A stretch of DNA of 64,000 nt, taken from positions 39,137 to 103,136 of the forward strand of contig CAXXHA010000028.1 in the NCBI GenBank assembly GCA_963662265.2. Reading direction: 5' to 3'. The position numbers and the translations under genes are program-made. Below are positions 1-9,838 of this stretch, piece by piece. Source of the DNA: Spirochaetia bacterium (GTDB lineage Bacteria; Spirochaetota; Spirochaetia; CADAEX01). Position 1 is the stretch's first letter. Every line of letters starts with the position of its first letter. The notes under the pieces were generated by a model. It did no database searches and had not been told where the DNA came from. It saw only the letters and a program-made list of their open reading frames with translations.

Positions 1-46
1 GACTAAGCATAAAAGAGTTTATTCTCATCTGGAAATATAGATAAAG

Positions 47-86
47 AAAAAAATTCCCCCTCATGTTCTCAAAACATAAGGGGGAA
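47..86 (-). terminator. Rho-independent terminator downstream of murA
   Basis: Minus strand reads ttcccccttatgtt-ttgag-aacatgagggggaa followed by a T-run, about 130 nt after the murA stop. Confidence 0.7.
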
Positions 87-215
87 CATAATCTCCGCAG
101 CCGGGAATTTGACTCGGCCTGAAAATTTAATCAGCTGTAATTATTTAAAGGTAAATAAAACTGATAAACAAACATATAAAAATCTGAAATAAGATAAAAT
201 CTATATGAAAAAGAC

Positions 216-1505
216 TCAGGGACATTCAGATGTTTTCACCTTCTCTATCCTTGCACCAAGAGAAACAAGTCTCCCGACAAGGTCTTCATAACCACGTTCT
301 ATCTGGTAAACATTCTTTATCTCGCTCTTTCCTTCAGCACACAGGGCTGCAATAACCATAGCCATACCTGCCCTGATATCGGGAGAAACAAGTTCAGATC
401 CCTTAAGCCTTGAAGGACCGGAGACAACAGCCCGGTGGGGATCACACAGAACAATCTTTGCACCCATGCCGATGAGTTTATCAACAAAAAACATCCTTGA
501 TTCAAACATCTTTTCATGAATAAGAATTGTCCCTTCAACCTGGGTTGCAACAACTGTCATTATACTTGTAAGGTCAGGCGGGAATCCGGGCCAGGGGGCA
601 TCATCAATAGTGGGGATCTGCCCTCCAAGATCGGGAACAACCTTTAACGGCTGTCCGGGATTAATTTTGATATTTTTCCCGTCGCTCTCCCAGTGGATTC
701 CAAGCTTGTTGAAGCCGTTTCTTGTCATTCTCAAGTTTTCAGGATCAGCATCAATAATCTCAAGCTCGCCCCTTGTAACAGCAGCCAGCCCTATATATGA
801 ACCAACCTCGATAAAATCAGACCCTATCCTGAATTCAGTACCGGAAAGTTTTTTAACACCCTGTATATTCAGGATATTTGATCCTATCCCGGTAATTTTA
901 GCCCCCATGCTGTTAAGCATCCTGCACAGGTCCTGCACATGCGGTTCTGATGCCGCATTCTGGATAACAGTGCTGCCTTCAGCAAGGACAGCAGCCATTA
1001 CAGCATTCTCGGTAGCTGTAACAGAAGCTTCATCAAGAAAAAGATCCACCCCTGCAAGCTTGTTGGCAGAGACCCTGAATATCCCGTCGACATCAACCCT
1101 TGCTCCCAGTTCGGAAAAAGCAAGGAAATGGGTATCCAGCCTTCGCCGTCCTATAACATCACCGCCGGGAGGGGGGAATATAACCTTGCCTGTCCTGGCA
1201 AGAACAGATCCTGCAAAAAGAATTGAAGCTCTTACAGATTTCGCCTCTTCAACAGGAAGTTCAGATGTTATATCACCTGTTTTTACTTCATACACACCGT
1301 TACTGATTTTTTTAACTGATGATCCGATTTTTTCAAGTATATCAAACATAACAGCAACATCCTGGATTTCAGGAACATTCTTCAGAACAACAGTCTCATC
1401 TGTCAGAAGAGTAGCTGCTATACATGGAAGTGCTGCATTCTTATTTCCGCTTGCTTTGATCTTCCCCTTAACAGGAAAAGAACCTTCAATAAAGTATTTG
1501 CACAT
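216..1505 (-). CDS. murA: UDP-N-acetylglucosamine 1-carboxyvinyltransferase (Asp-type active site)
   Basis: [43 protein letters not shown] and IERGYE motifs. Confidence 0.97.
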   Translation of the reverse strand: MCKYFIEGSFPVKGKIKASGNKNAALPCIAATLLTDETVVLKNVPEIQDVAVMFDILEKIGSSVKKISNGVYEVKTGDITSELPVEEAKSVRASILFAGSVLARTGKVIFPPPGGDVIGRRRLDTHFLAFSELGARVDVDGIFRVSANKLAGVDLFLDEASVTATENAVMAAVLAEGSTVIQNAASEPHVQDLCRMLNSMGAKITGIGSNILNIQGVKKLSGTEFRIGSDFIEVGSYIGLAAVTRGELEIIDADPENLRMTRNGFNKLGIHWESDGKNIKINPGQPLKVVPDLGGQIPTIDDAPWPGFPPDLTSIMTVVATQVEGTILIHEKMFESRMFFVDKLIGMGAKIVLCDPHRAVVSGPSRLKGSELVSPDIRAGMAMVIAALCAEGKSEIKNVYQIERGYEDLVGRLVSLGARIEKVKTSECP

Positions 1506-1582
1506 AGATGAAATCTACATTGTACAGTTGCAGTTGTCAATGTCAGTTTTAAAAGGCATTTCAGGTTTTATATCAATAACAA

Positions 1583-2818
1583 TCAGTTGATATGAAAAGA
1601 GAATCGCGGGGATGCAAATGGATTTGAATTCATATAGATTTTCACAAGATAAATTGCCTCTTCCCTGCTTTCACTGCTCACCCTTACATAGGTAGTGAAA
1701 TTATAAATATTACGACGGTCAAACCGGAAAGGATTTTCAACAATTTCAGGAAAGACAAAATCAATTTTACTGCCGTTTTTCATAAATACATTGATATCGG
1801 GAAACAGTTCACTTTCCTTTTTTACAGGATAGAAAATCTTTCTGATAATGTCCCTGCTTCCCAAATTCCTCTCCCTAAGAGCTGTCAGTTTACCGGACGG
1901 AACAGAGTTTCTGAGAAAGGAATCAATATTTTTCGCTTCAAGTGTTTTTTCAGTATCTGCAAGAAATTCTTTCAGCCTTCGTATAACACTCAAAGAACCG
2001 GAAGATTCAAACGAACCGTTTTTGTATTCGAAAAGAGTTATAAAGGTATCATACCCCAGGCCTTCCTCAAAAAGGTTTTCATACCTGAGGATTTCTGTTT
2101 TACCGTCATTATCAATATCTTCAATTCTGTTGAATTCCGTGAGAGTGCTGTTCATGCTGAAAACTGAATAATCACCGCTTGAGGATACAGTAATCAGGTT
2201 ATCAGATAATCCCTCTTCTCCGGAAAATGAAACAACAACAGCTTTCTCTGATGAGTCAACAGAAAGTTTTACAACGGAAAATTCCCTGAAAACAGGGCGG
2301 TAACTTAGGGGAAGTATATCTTTCAGGACCAGGGAACTTTCTGAACCTGTATAAACAGCGGCAAGATACCTGTCAGCAAGAATTTCATCCTCATGACCTC
2401 TCCTTCCGGCAAGATAATCCTTCTCAGTCTCTTCTGATGATTCACCATACGAGTAAAGGATAAAATATTCGGAAGGCCCTCTATTGTCGATATTTTCCTC
2501 AATATATTTGAGCCTTCCCTTTCTGTGAACAGGGTAAAAACGGGATTCCCTGTAAGTTATACCTGATTCAAGAAGCTTATCTGTATGGACATCAGTTAAA
2601 ACAAATTTGTTTTCTGCGGTAACTGGCTCAGGATCTTCTTTTCCGGTCTCTTCCGACAGTATTTCCCTACCAGTTTCTGAAGAGGGAATATCCCTGATAT
2701 ACTGATCAGATTCGGCAACAGACGAATTACCGGATGTTTTACAGGAGCCAATGAGAAAAATTATTAGAAATATCTGAATTAAAGTTTTTAACCTGAAATA
2801 AAAGGAATTCAATATCAT
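1583..2818 (-). CDS. Hypothetical lipoprotein with a DxDxDG Ca-binding/FG-GAP-like motif
   Basis: Hydrophobic signal ending in LIGSC lipobox, acidic tether, and DIDNDGKTEIL motif. Confidence 0.7.
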   Translation of the reverse strand: MILNSFYFRLKTLIQIFLIIFLIGSCKTSGNSSVAESDQYIRDIPSSETGREILSEETGKEDPEPVTAENKFVLTDVHTDKLLESGITYRESRFYPVHRKGRLKYIEENIDNRGPSEYFILYSYGESSEETEKDYLAGRRGHEDEILADRYLAAVYTGSESSLVLKDILPLSYRPVFREFSVVKLSVDSSEKAVVVSFSGEEGLSDNLITVSSSGDYSVFSMNSTLTEFNRIEDIDNDGKTEILRYENLFEEGLGYDTFITLFEYKNGSFESSGSLSVIRRLKEFLADTEKTLEAKNIDSFLRNSVPSGKLTALRERNLGSRDIIRKIFYPVKKESELFPDINVFMKNGSKIDFVFPEIVENPFRFDRRNIYNFTTYVRVSSESREEAIYLVKIYMNSNPFASPRFSFHIN

Positions 2819-3009
2819 AATCCTGAAATAAAATATACTGAATATATCTCTAAATGGGATTATACAGTATAGAAAATAATTTGCCAGAACTTTTTTTAAA
2901 TCAGATAAATTGTTTCATTCCTCCAATATTCATTTGAGGACAAAACCATAGAAAAAATATAAATAACATGCTACAAATTACAGACAAATCATACACAGAG
3001 GGCATTAAA

Positions 3010-4392
3010 ATGAAAGTTATGAAATTCGGCGGAAGTTCAGTCCAGGATGCACAGCACATAAAGAATGTATGTTCGATAGTACTTGAAGAGGCCGGAAAAG
3101 AAAAAACAGCAGTAGTTTTTTCTGCAATGAAGGGAATAACCAACCTTTTACTCGAATCAGCAGATATTGCTTCAACAGGAAGCACGGAATATAAGGAAGC
3201 AATCGAAACGCTTTACAAAAGACAGGTTGAAGCAGTTAGCAGCCTGATGGAAGGGGAAGCGGCTGAAAAATGCCTTTCAGAAATCGATGAAATGGTTGAA
3301 GAACTCAAAAACATTCTGCACGGTGTAGAACTTGTAAAGGAATGTTCTCCCAGGAGCAAAGACCTTATTGTCAGCTTCGGAGAAAGGCTAAATAATTTTC
3401 TCATTACTTCATACCTTAACTCAACAGGGGCAAAAGCGGAATTTATAGATTCCAGAGATATTATAAAGACAAACAGCCAGTACGGACGTGCTCAGGTTAA
3501 ATATGATATTACCTATAAAAACATAAAGAAAAGAGTTTCCAAAGTTAAAGGAATAGCTGTAATTACAGGATTTATCGCGTCTTCTGAAGACGGGGCAACA
3601 ACAACACTAGGAAGAAACGGCTCAGACTTTACGGCTTCAATAATTGCTGCAGGAACAGGTTCAGATCTCATTGAAATATGGACAGATGTAGACGGAGTCT
3701 TGAGTGCAGACCCCAGAATTGTGGGAAGTGCATTCGTAGTTCCTGAAATCAGCATTGAAGAGGCAATGGAGCTTTCATACTTCGGAGCGGAAGTTATCCA
3801 CCCCTATACAATGATACCGGCAGTTGAGAAAAACATTCCAATATGCATAAAAAATACACTAAATACAAAAGCACCCGGTACATATATTGTGAAGAAACCG
3901 AAACCTCACAACAATCCTATTACAGGAATTGCAAGTATCAACAATGTTTCTCTTATTAATATCGAAGGGGGCGGAATGCTTGGAATACCGGGATTCGCTT
4001 CCAGGGTATTTGAAGTTCTTGCGAAGGCGGAAGTAAATGTAATAATGATTTCACAGGCATCAAGCGAACACACAATCTGCATAGTCTGCAGAGAGGATGA
4101 TGCACTCAGGGCACTCGATGCAATGAAAAGCGAACTTCAGGATGAAATTACTTCCCGGAAAATACAGAATTTTGATCTTGTTAAAAACCTTGAAATTGTT
4201 GCTATAATCGGTGAAAACATGAGAGGAACCCCGGGAATTGCAGGAAAGCTTTTCAGCACACTAGGTGAAAACGAGATAAACATCCTTGCAATTGCACAGG
4301 GATCATCAGAGAGAAATGTATCATTTGTAATCAGGAAGGATGAAACAGAAAAAGCTCTCAATGTGATACATAAATCATTTCTTGGCAAATAA
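3010..4392 (+). CDS. lysC: Monofunctional aspartate kinase (kinase plus two ACT domains, ThrA N-terminal-like)
   Basis: KVMKFGGSSV, TTLGRNGSDFTA, WTDVDGVLSADPR and AIAQGSSERN. Start placed at ATG 3010 after a GAGGG RBS. Confidence 0.93.
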   Translation: MKVMKFGGSSVQDAQHIKNVCSIVLEEAGKEKTAVVFSAMKGITNLLLESADIASTGSTEYKEAIETLYKRQVEAVSSLMEGEAAEKCLSEIDEMVEELKNILHGVELVKECSPRSKDLIVSFGERLNNFLITSYLNSTGAKAEFIDSRDIIKTNSQYGRAQVKYDITYKNIKKRVSKVKGIAVITGFIASSEDGATTTLGRNGSDFTASIIAAGTGSDLIEIWTDVDGVLSADPRIVGSAFVVPEISIEEAMELSYFGAEVIHPYTMIPAVEKNIPICIKNTLNTKAPGTYIVKKPKPHNNPITGIASINNVSLINIEGGGMLGIPGFASRVFEVLAKAEVNVIMISQASSEHTICIVCREDDALRALDAMKSELQDEITSRKIQNFDLVKNLEIVAIIGENMRGTPGIAGKLFSTLGENEINILAIAQGSSERNVSFVIRKDETEKALNVIHKSFLGK

Positions 4393-4401
4393 AAGAGCCC
4401 G

Positions 4402-4434
4402 GTTGTATTATAATGACAGATACAACTTTTTTTT
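4402..4434 (+). terminator. Possible terminator after aspartokinase
   Basis: gttgtat(4402-4408)...atacaac(4420-4426) stem followed by T8. Confidence 0.45.
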
Positions 4435-4583
4435 GTTAAGGCAAAGCAGATTTTTTTCTGCTTTGCTGCAATTGACAGGCCGGACAGGGGATTTATCTCA
4501 AAGATTTCCGGAATGTCCGGTTACATAAATCATATTAAGAATTTTACAGAGATTATAAAACAGTTTAATTCAAGGAGTCTGTA

Positions 4584-5888
4584 ATGAAGTTTTCAAGTAC
4601 AAGAAACAAGAACCACATAGTAAGTTTCAAAGAAGCAGTATTTCAGGGACTTTCACCGGAGGGAGGACTTTATAACCCTGTTGTAACTCCCGACCTTTCA
4701 CTCCTTTTTCAGGGTATGGATAAAAACACATCATTTCTTGAGGCAGCTTCCCGCCTTACAGCAGAAATACTAAAGGAAGACCTGAGTGAGGAAAGAGCAC
4801 GTGAAGTGTGTAAAAGAGCATTTCATTTCAAACCAGTACTCACAGACACAGGCAATGATATACAGATTATGGAGCTTTACCACGGCCCATCATGCGCTTT
4901 CAAGGATTTCGGCGCATCTTTCCTCGCATCATCTATGGAGGAATTCCTGAAAGGGGAAAGCAGGAAAGCTATAATCCTTACTGCAACATCAGGCGATACA
5001 GGAAGCGCAGTTGCACAGGCCTTCCATAAAAAAGAAAACATCGAAGTTGTAATTCTCTATCCTTCAGGAAGGGTAAGCCCTCTGCAGGAAAAACAGCTTA
5101 CAACACTGGGTCATAATGTTACTGCACTCGAGGTAAAGGGATCATTCGATGACTGCCAGAGAATGGTAAAAGAGGCATTTACAAGCGAAGACCTTAAGCA
5201 TCTTCCGCTCACATCTGCAAACTCAATCAACCTCGGAAGACTCTTTCCCCAGTCATTCTACTATGTTGATGCAGTCAACAAACTGAAAGAAGAATATAAA
5301 AACATAGTATTCTGCGTACCAAGCGGAAACTTCGGAAACCTTACAGCAGGTGTACTTGCTAACCAGTGGGGACTCCCTGTCAAGGAATTCATCGCAGCAA
5401 CAAACCTCAACAAGGTAGTGCCTGAATACCTTGAATCAGGCATCTACAATGCAAGACCGTCAGAACTTACATACTCCAATGCAATGGATGTTGGTAACCC
5501 GAGCAACTTCGAAAGGCTCAAAGATATTTTTGAAGGTGACTGCAGTAAGATGGGTGAAAGAATCAAGGGCGACTGGGTTGATGATGAGACAACACTTAAA
5601 GTAATAAATGAATATTACAATGATAAAGACAGTTTTATTGATCCCCATACAGCAGTAGCATATGAGGCATCAAGGAGATATAAGGCTGCAAATCCGGACA
5701 AGGATACAGTTGTTGTAAACCTTTCAACTGCACATCCCGGAAAATTCCTGGAAGTTGTTGAACAGGCAACAGGTGTAAGGCCGGAGCTTCCACAGCAGCT
5801 GAAAAAGATACTCAAGCTGGAAAAGGAGTCAGTTGTAATTGAAAACACAACTGAAGATTTAAAGACATTTTTGATGAAGAGTTATTAA
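4584..5888 (+). CDS. thrC: Threonine synthase
   Basis: ELYHGPSCAFKDFG (PLP lysine), ATSGDTGSA, SANSINLGRL, VPSGNFGN, TAHPGKF; AAGGAG RBS. Confidence 0.96.
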   Translation: MKFSSTRNKNHIVSFKEAVFQGLSPEGGLYNPVVTPDLSLLFQGMDKNTSFLEAASRLTAEILKEDLSEERAREVCKRAFHFKPVLTDTGNDIQIMELYHGPSCAFKDFGASFLASSMEEFLKGESRKAIILTATSGDTGSAVAQAFHKKENIEVVILYPSGRVSPLQEKQLTTLGHNVTALEVKGSFDDCQRMVKEAFTSEDLKHLPLTSANSINLGRLFPQSFYYVDAVNKLKEEYKNIVFCVPSGNFGNLTAGVLANQWGLPVKEFIAATNLNKVVPEYLESGIYNARPSELTYSNAMDVGNPSNFERLKDIFEGDCSKMGERIKGDWVDDETTLKVINEYYNDKDSFIDPHTAVAYEASRRYKAANPDKDTVVVNLSTAHPGKFLEVVEQATGVRPELPQQLKKILKLEKESVVIENTTEDLKTFLMKSY

Positions 5889-5903
5889 TTTTTAATATTA
5901 CTG

Positions 5904-5942
5904 AAAAAAATCAGGAGCAGCCTGCCTGTTCCTGATTTTTTT
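5904..5942 (+). terminator. Rho-independent terminator of thrC (bidirectional geometry)
   Basis: aaaaaaatcaggagcag-cctgc-ctgttcctgattttttt. Confidence 0.8.
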
Positions 5943-6128
5943 GTCTTAACCCCGGCAGGTGATGATTTTATTTTTAAAGGAAACGGAATTGCAATATCTG
6001 TTACTGTTCTTTGTTTTATTATGATGTTTCCGAAAAAGCAATGAAAAACAGAGGCCTTTTTATGTAATAAAAGGTCAGTTCTTTACCCATAAACAATAGT
6101 CAAAAAACCTGATAATTCCTGTTTTCAG

Positions 6129-6167
6129 AAAAAACAAGCCCCTGAACTTTTCCAGGGGCCTTTTTTT
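6129..6167. terminator. Bidirectional terminator-like hairpin
   Basis: gcccctg(6138-6144)...caggggc(6153-6159) with an A-run before and T7 after; about 155 nt downstream of the DUF4956 stop. Confidence 0.65.
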
Positions 6168-6321
6168 ACAGAACAAAATGCTTATTTAATGCGTTGTTTC
6201 AGATCTTTATATGTAATATGGTTATTACAATTTCAGATATAATAATTTATTTTACACATTACTGGTTCTGTAATATTTATTACAACAATCTATATTCAGT
6301 AAATTTCAAGAATAATTAAAA

Positions 6322-7008
6322 TCATGGAACCGAGATTGTCAGATCATACTTGTTGTCCTTGAATCTGTCATCCAGGGCCTTTATATATGCATTAAAAGCA
6401 TCTTCATCTGAAACATTTATTTTGTATTTAATCCTCTGCCTGTTTTTCGATGTCCTGTATTCAATAAAAGAGCTCTTGAAATTTTTAAACCCCTCAATAT
6501 CACGGAACAGCTCTTCAGATAAAGGTTCTTCCCCTTTAACCTCAAGTGTAAGAATATATTCATTCGATGTGGGGGGGGACATACCGAATTTAAGAAAATT
6601 AAGAACCAGCATAAGTGCCCCGACAAACAGGGTGATAAGAACAGCAACAGAATAAAAATCAAGGCCGGAAGCCATACCTACTACAATGGAAACAAAGATA
6701 AAAGACATATCAATATAGTTTCTTACAGCTGTCCTGAAACGAATAATTGAAACTGCCCCGACAAGACCAAATGCTATGGCAAGGTTGTTTCCAATAACCA
6801 TCATTGCCCCGGCAAGGATTACTGAAATGAAAATCATTGAATGCATGATGACATGGCAGTCCTCTTTTTCCCTGTGGATAACTTTATATATAAGGGCAAG
6901 GATAAATGTCAGAACAAAGGCTGTAAACAGTCCAAGTACTGCATGAAAAAGTGTTAATTCCCCAGCAAGAGATATTTCATTTATATGTTTGGTTATTTCA
7001 TTCTGCAT
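6322..7008 (-). CDS. DUF4956 domain-containing membrane protein
   Basis: Several TM helices with IGNNLAIAFGLVGAVSIIRFRT...DMSFIF...GMASG, typical of the family; soluble ACT-like C-terminus; GGAG RBS. Confidence 0.85.
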   Translation of the reverse strand: MQNEITKHINEISLAGELTLFHAVLGLFTAFVLTFILALIYKVIHREKEDCHVIMHSMIFISVILAGAMMVIGNNLAIAFGLVGAVSIIRFRTAVRNYIDMSFIFVSIVVGMASGLDFYSVAVLITLFVGALMLVLNFLKFGMSPPTSNEYILTLEVKGEEPLSEELFRDIEGFKNFKSSFIEYRTSKNRQRIKYKINVSDEDAFNAYIKALDDRFKDNKYDLTISVP

Positions 7009-7100
7009 ATATTAAACTCCGATTATTAAAGACCGCAATTATTTGTAAATTGACAGGCAATATCCTAATATAATTGTATAACCTATTGTAAGGCAAGAAA

Positions 7101-7603
7101 ATGAAAAATAAAATTATTTTGATTGTTTTAGTTATTATTTTTACAGGAATAAAAGGATACAGCAGCAGTTTTAACGAGGAACCCGATTTATCCGGAAGGC
7201 TTGGTATAACATTCTCATTTGACGACCTTCTCCATCCTCTTGAAACCTACACAGACAGCATACAGTCCGGCATTGGATTGGTTTATATTTATTCTCCCTT
7301 TATGCTTAAAGCTCTTGTTAATACAACACATATAGATTCTACAAAAGATCAGTTCGGAGGATCTGTTTTAGCCGCATACCGCTTTAAAAAAGCAGTTATT
7401 CACCATATACAGGATAAATAGCAGGTTTCGAAAATCTTGAAGGAAATAATGATTTAAAATATTATGCAGGATTAAATCTCGGAATAAGCTATATTGCATG
7501 GAATTCAATATTTCTATCCGGAGAATATATGCTTTATGTAGTGAAAAATTTTGCCAGTTTTATGAGCTTTACATCAAATATCTCAGTAGGCTTTTTATTC
7601 TGA
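7101..7603 (+). pseudogene. Small outer-membrane beta-barrel protein, disrupted as assembled
   Basis: Signal peptide and beta-strands in 7101-7399. A frame change at ~7400 gives SPYTG*IAGFENLEGNNDLKYYAGLNLGISY...NISVGFLF* (TAA 7415-7417, TGA 7601-7603), ending in a terminal Phe. Confidence 0.65.
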
Positions 7604-7741
7604 TAATAAATTTCAATATTTTAACAGAACATTCTGCGGCAGAATACAGAACTACTCATATAAATAGATTTCCCGGTAAGTTATAATACAGAACATTTCA
7701 TATTTAAAGACATTCAAATAAGTAATATAAAAGAATAAAAT

Positions 7742-8914
7742 CTAATGAAGCCAGGCTGGGATTTCGCTTTCTCTCTCATTAAGAAATATATCAATCAGTC
7801 CGCCGGAACTCATATCCTCTTCAAAAACATCATAACTGTAGTACCTGTTATTGTCATATTTAACAGCGTTTTTTACTTCACTATAAAATTCGTCTTTCTT
7901 TGCTCTTATTTTATCTATAATCGGTTCAGAACCGACATTAGTAATTTCATCCTTAAAAATCTGTATATATTTATCTTTAACAGGAGATCCGTCCATCAGA
8001 AGACGTCGCATCAGCATGTTGTCGCCTTTAAAGGAATCAGATGAAGAATCTACAGCACTCCCGTTGTAGTTACGCCTCATGTTTGCTTCATGATCCCACG
8101 GCAGAAGAGCATATTTGCCGTTGTAGACTACATTGAAGTTCTTTTGAGTTGTATCTGTAACAGAAAGGAAGCTGTGGACAAAAAGGTATTTTGCTGTCTC
8201 TTCTATAAGAAAATTGTTTTCAACAAAATCCAGCCACTGGCTGTCAGTCATGTTTTTTGCATATGAGAGAAGACGGCTCAGACTGGAAAAATCATCATCT
8301 TCAATAATTTTCTTTTCAGAAAGATGATATATGGGAAAGTCACTCCCCATTTCCTCGAACTTACACTTAAACATTTCACATTTTCCAAATACAGTATTAA
8401 GCATATCAGCAGTATAAAGTTCTATCTTTGTATAGCACCCGATATAAACATCATTTATAAAAAGAGCAGTCCCCTCGGTTGAAGGTACAGACAGCCCCAT
8501 GTACCGGTAAGCCTCAAAAGCAAGACGGTTTCTTGCCTGTGAAGGATCTTTATATGATGCATCGAGTGAATATTTTTTTTCATCTCCGTCACGTGTAAAT
8601 TTAAGAGTAAATGATTTTTTCGGATATCCCCTTGATAAGTCGCCCCGGATTTTTATCCATGCATCATATACATGCCCATCCTCCTTATAAGTGCAGTGGG
8701 CATAATCATGGTCAAAAAGAGAGTTATAAAGCTTGTTTTTTTCCTCTTCAGACAGATAAATTTTTATTTTTTTGATATTGCCGAGATCAGGCTGGTCAGG
8801 ATCATCGAAGCCGATGAACTCGCCGCATGAAGTAAGTGAGAAACATATTAAACTGATAAAGACCGGCAGCAGGAGTCTTAAAAAGAAGCCAGGCCGGGAA
8901 TTAAACAACATCAT
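7742..8914 (-). CDS. CotH kinase family lipoprotein (copy 1)
   Basis: Lipobox SLTSC; IKIRGDLSRGYPKKSFTLKF, DPSQARNRLA, FINDVYIGCY and LLPWDHE CotH motifs. Confidence 0.88.
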   Translation of the reverse strand: MMLFNSRPGFFLRLLLPVFISLICFSLTSCGEFIGFDDPDQPDLGNIKKIKIYLSEEEKNKLYNSLFDHDYAHCTYKEDGHVYDAWIKIRGDLSRGYPKKSFTLKFTRDGDEKKYSLDASYKDPSQARNRLAFEAYRYMGLSVPSTEGTALFINDVYIGCYTKIELYTADMLNTVFGKCEMFKCKFEEMGSDFPIYHLSEKKIIEDDDFSSLSRLLSYAKNMTDSQWLDFVENNFLIEETAKYLFVHSFLSVTDTTQKNFNVVYNGKYALLPWDHEANMRRNYNGSAVDSSSDSFKGDNMLMRRLLMDGSPVKDKYIQIFKDEITNVGSEPIIDKIRAKKDEFYSEVKNAVKYDNNRYYSYDVFEEDMSSGGLIDIFLNERESEIPAWLH

Positions 8915-9044
8915 CTACAATATTTCTATGAATCTAATCAATAATATATTAATTTAATAAAGGATTATCCATATTTATCCACAACTTATCAGGCTGAAAA
9001 AACCGGGATGAACAGAATCCGAAACATAAATAAATCCAGCAGTC

Positions 9045-9602
9045 TTAATAATCCTTTTCCACAAGCTCGCAGATGATATGATAAATCATAAGGTGCATCT
9101 CCTGCACCCTTGCTGTTGTTTCAATCTCAACTGTTATTGAAACATCGCACTTATCTTTCAGAAGACCTCCGTCCCTGCCCAGGAATCCGATTGTCCGGCA
9201 TCCTGCAGCAGACGCAGCATCAGCCGCCTCAATAACATTAGTACTGTTTCCCGATGTGGAAAAACAGATTACAGCATCCCCTTCTTCGCCGAGCGCCTCG
9301 ACCTGCCGTGAAAACACCTTATCATAACCGTAATCATTACCAACAGCAGTAAGAATTGAAGTATCTGTAGAAAGAGCGATTGCAGGAAGCGCCTTCCTGT
9401 TTTTCTGGAAACGGCCCACAATTTCAGCAGCAAAATGCTGGCTGTCTGCAGCGCTTCCCCCGTTACCCATAATAAGAAGTTTCTTCCCTTTATTCAGGGT
9501 ATCTATAATTATATCTGCAATTTCCTTTATCTTTTCATTCTGGTTTTTAACCAGATCGAGAGCTTTCTGATGCTCATCTATAATTCTTTTTATATCTTCC
9601 AT
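9045..9602 (-). CDS. gmhA: D-sedoheptulose 7-phosphate isomerase
   Basis: [30 protein letters not shown] and TARVQEMH. Confidence 0.93.
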   Translation of the reverse strand: MEDIKRIIDEHQKALDLVKNQNEKIKEIADIIIDTLNKGKKLLIMGNGGSAADSQHFAAEIVGRFQKNRKALPAIALSTDTSILTAVGNDYGYDKVFSRQVEALGEEGDAVICFSTSGNSTNVIEAADAASAAGCRTIGFLGRDGGLLKDKCDVSITVEIETTARVQEMHLMIYHIICELVEKDY

Positions 9603-9619
9603 TTATACTTCCTGTTATA

Positions 9620-9656
9620 TTTCTATAATTATCAGCACTCCGGATAATTATAGAAA
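9620..9656. repeat. Perfect 14-bp inverted repeat in the divergent gmhA/porin intergenic region
   Basis: tttctataattatc-agcactccg-gataattatagaaa. Confidence 0.8.
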
Positions 9657-9838
9657 AACACCGGCTTGAATCATTATGCTGTCATACCGGAATAAAATAT
9701 TTCATTATTACAACTGCATTTTATCAGAATCATATATAAAAATATATATCTTTTCTATCTATGTGCGGAACTGCCTGTGATATCTGTCATTATTTTCTAT
9801 TTACAGCATTATGATTTATAAGTACTATTTTGAGTATT

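Noticed and set aside
610-1590. 326-aa plus-strand ORF
   Set aside because: Antisense shadow of murA; Ser/Pro/Ile-rich with no motifs.
2968-3009. Longer N-terminus for the aspartokinase
   Set aside because: The family starts at MKVMKFGG, and the RBS precedes ATG 3010.
7050-7082. TTGACA with nearby TATAAT/TATAAC as a sigma70 promoter
   Set aside because: Spacers are 13 and 21 nt, not 16-18.
7498-7686. 62-aa ORF
   Set aside because: Out-of-frame overlap with the real C-terminus of the disrupted barrel gene.
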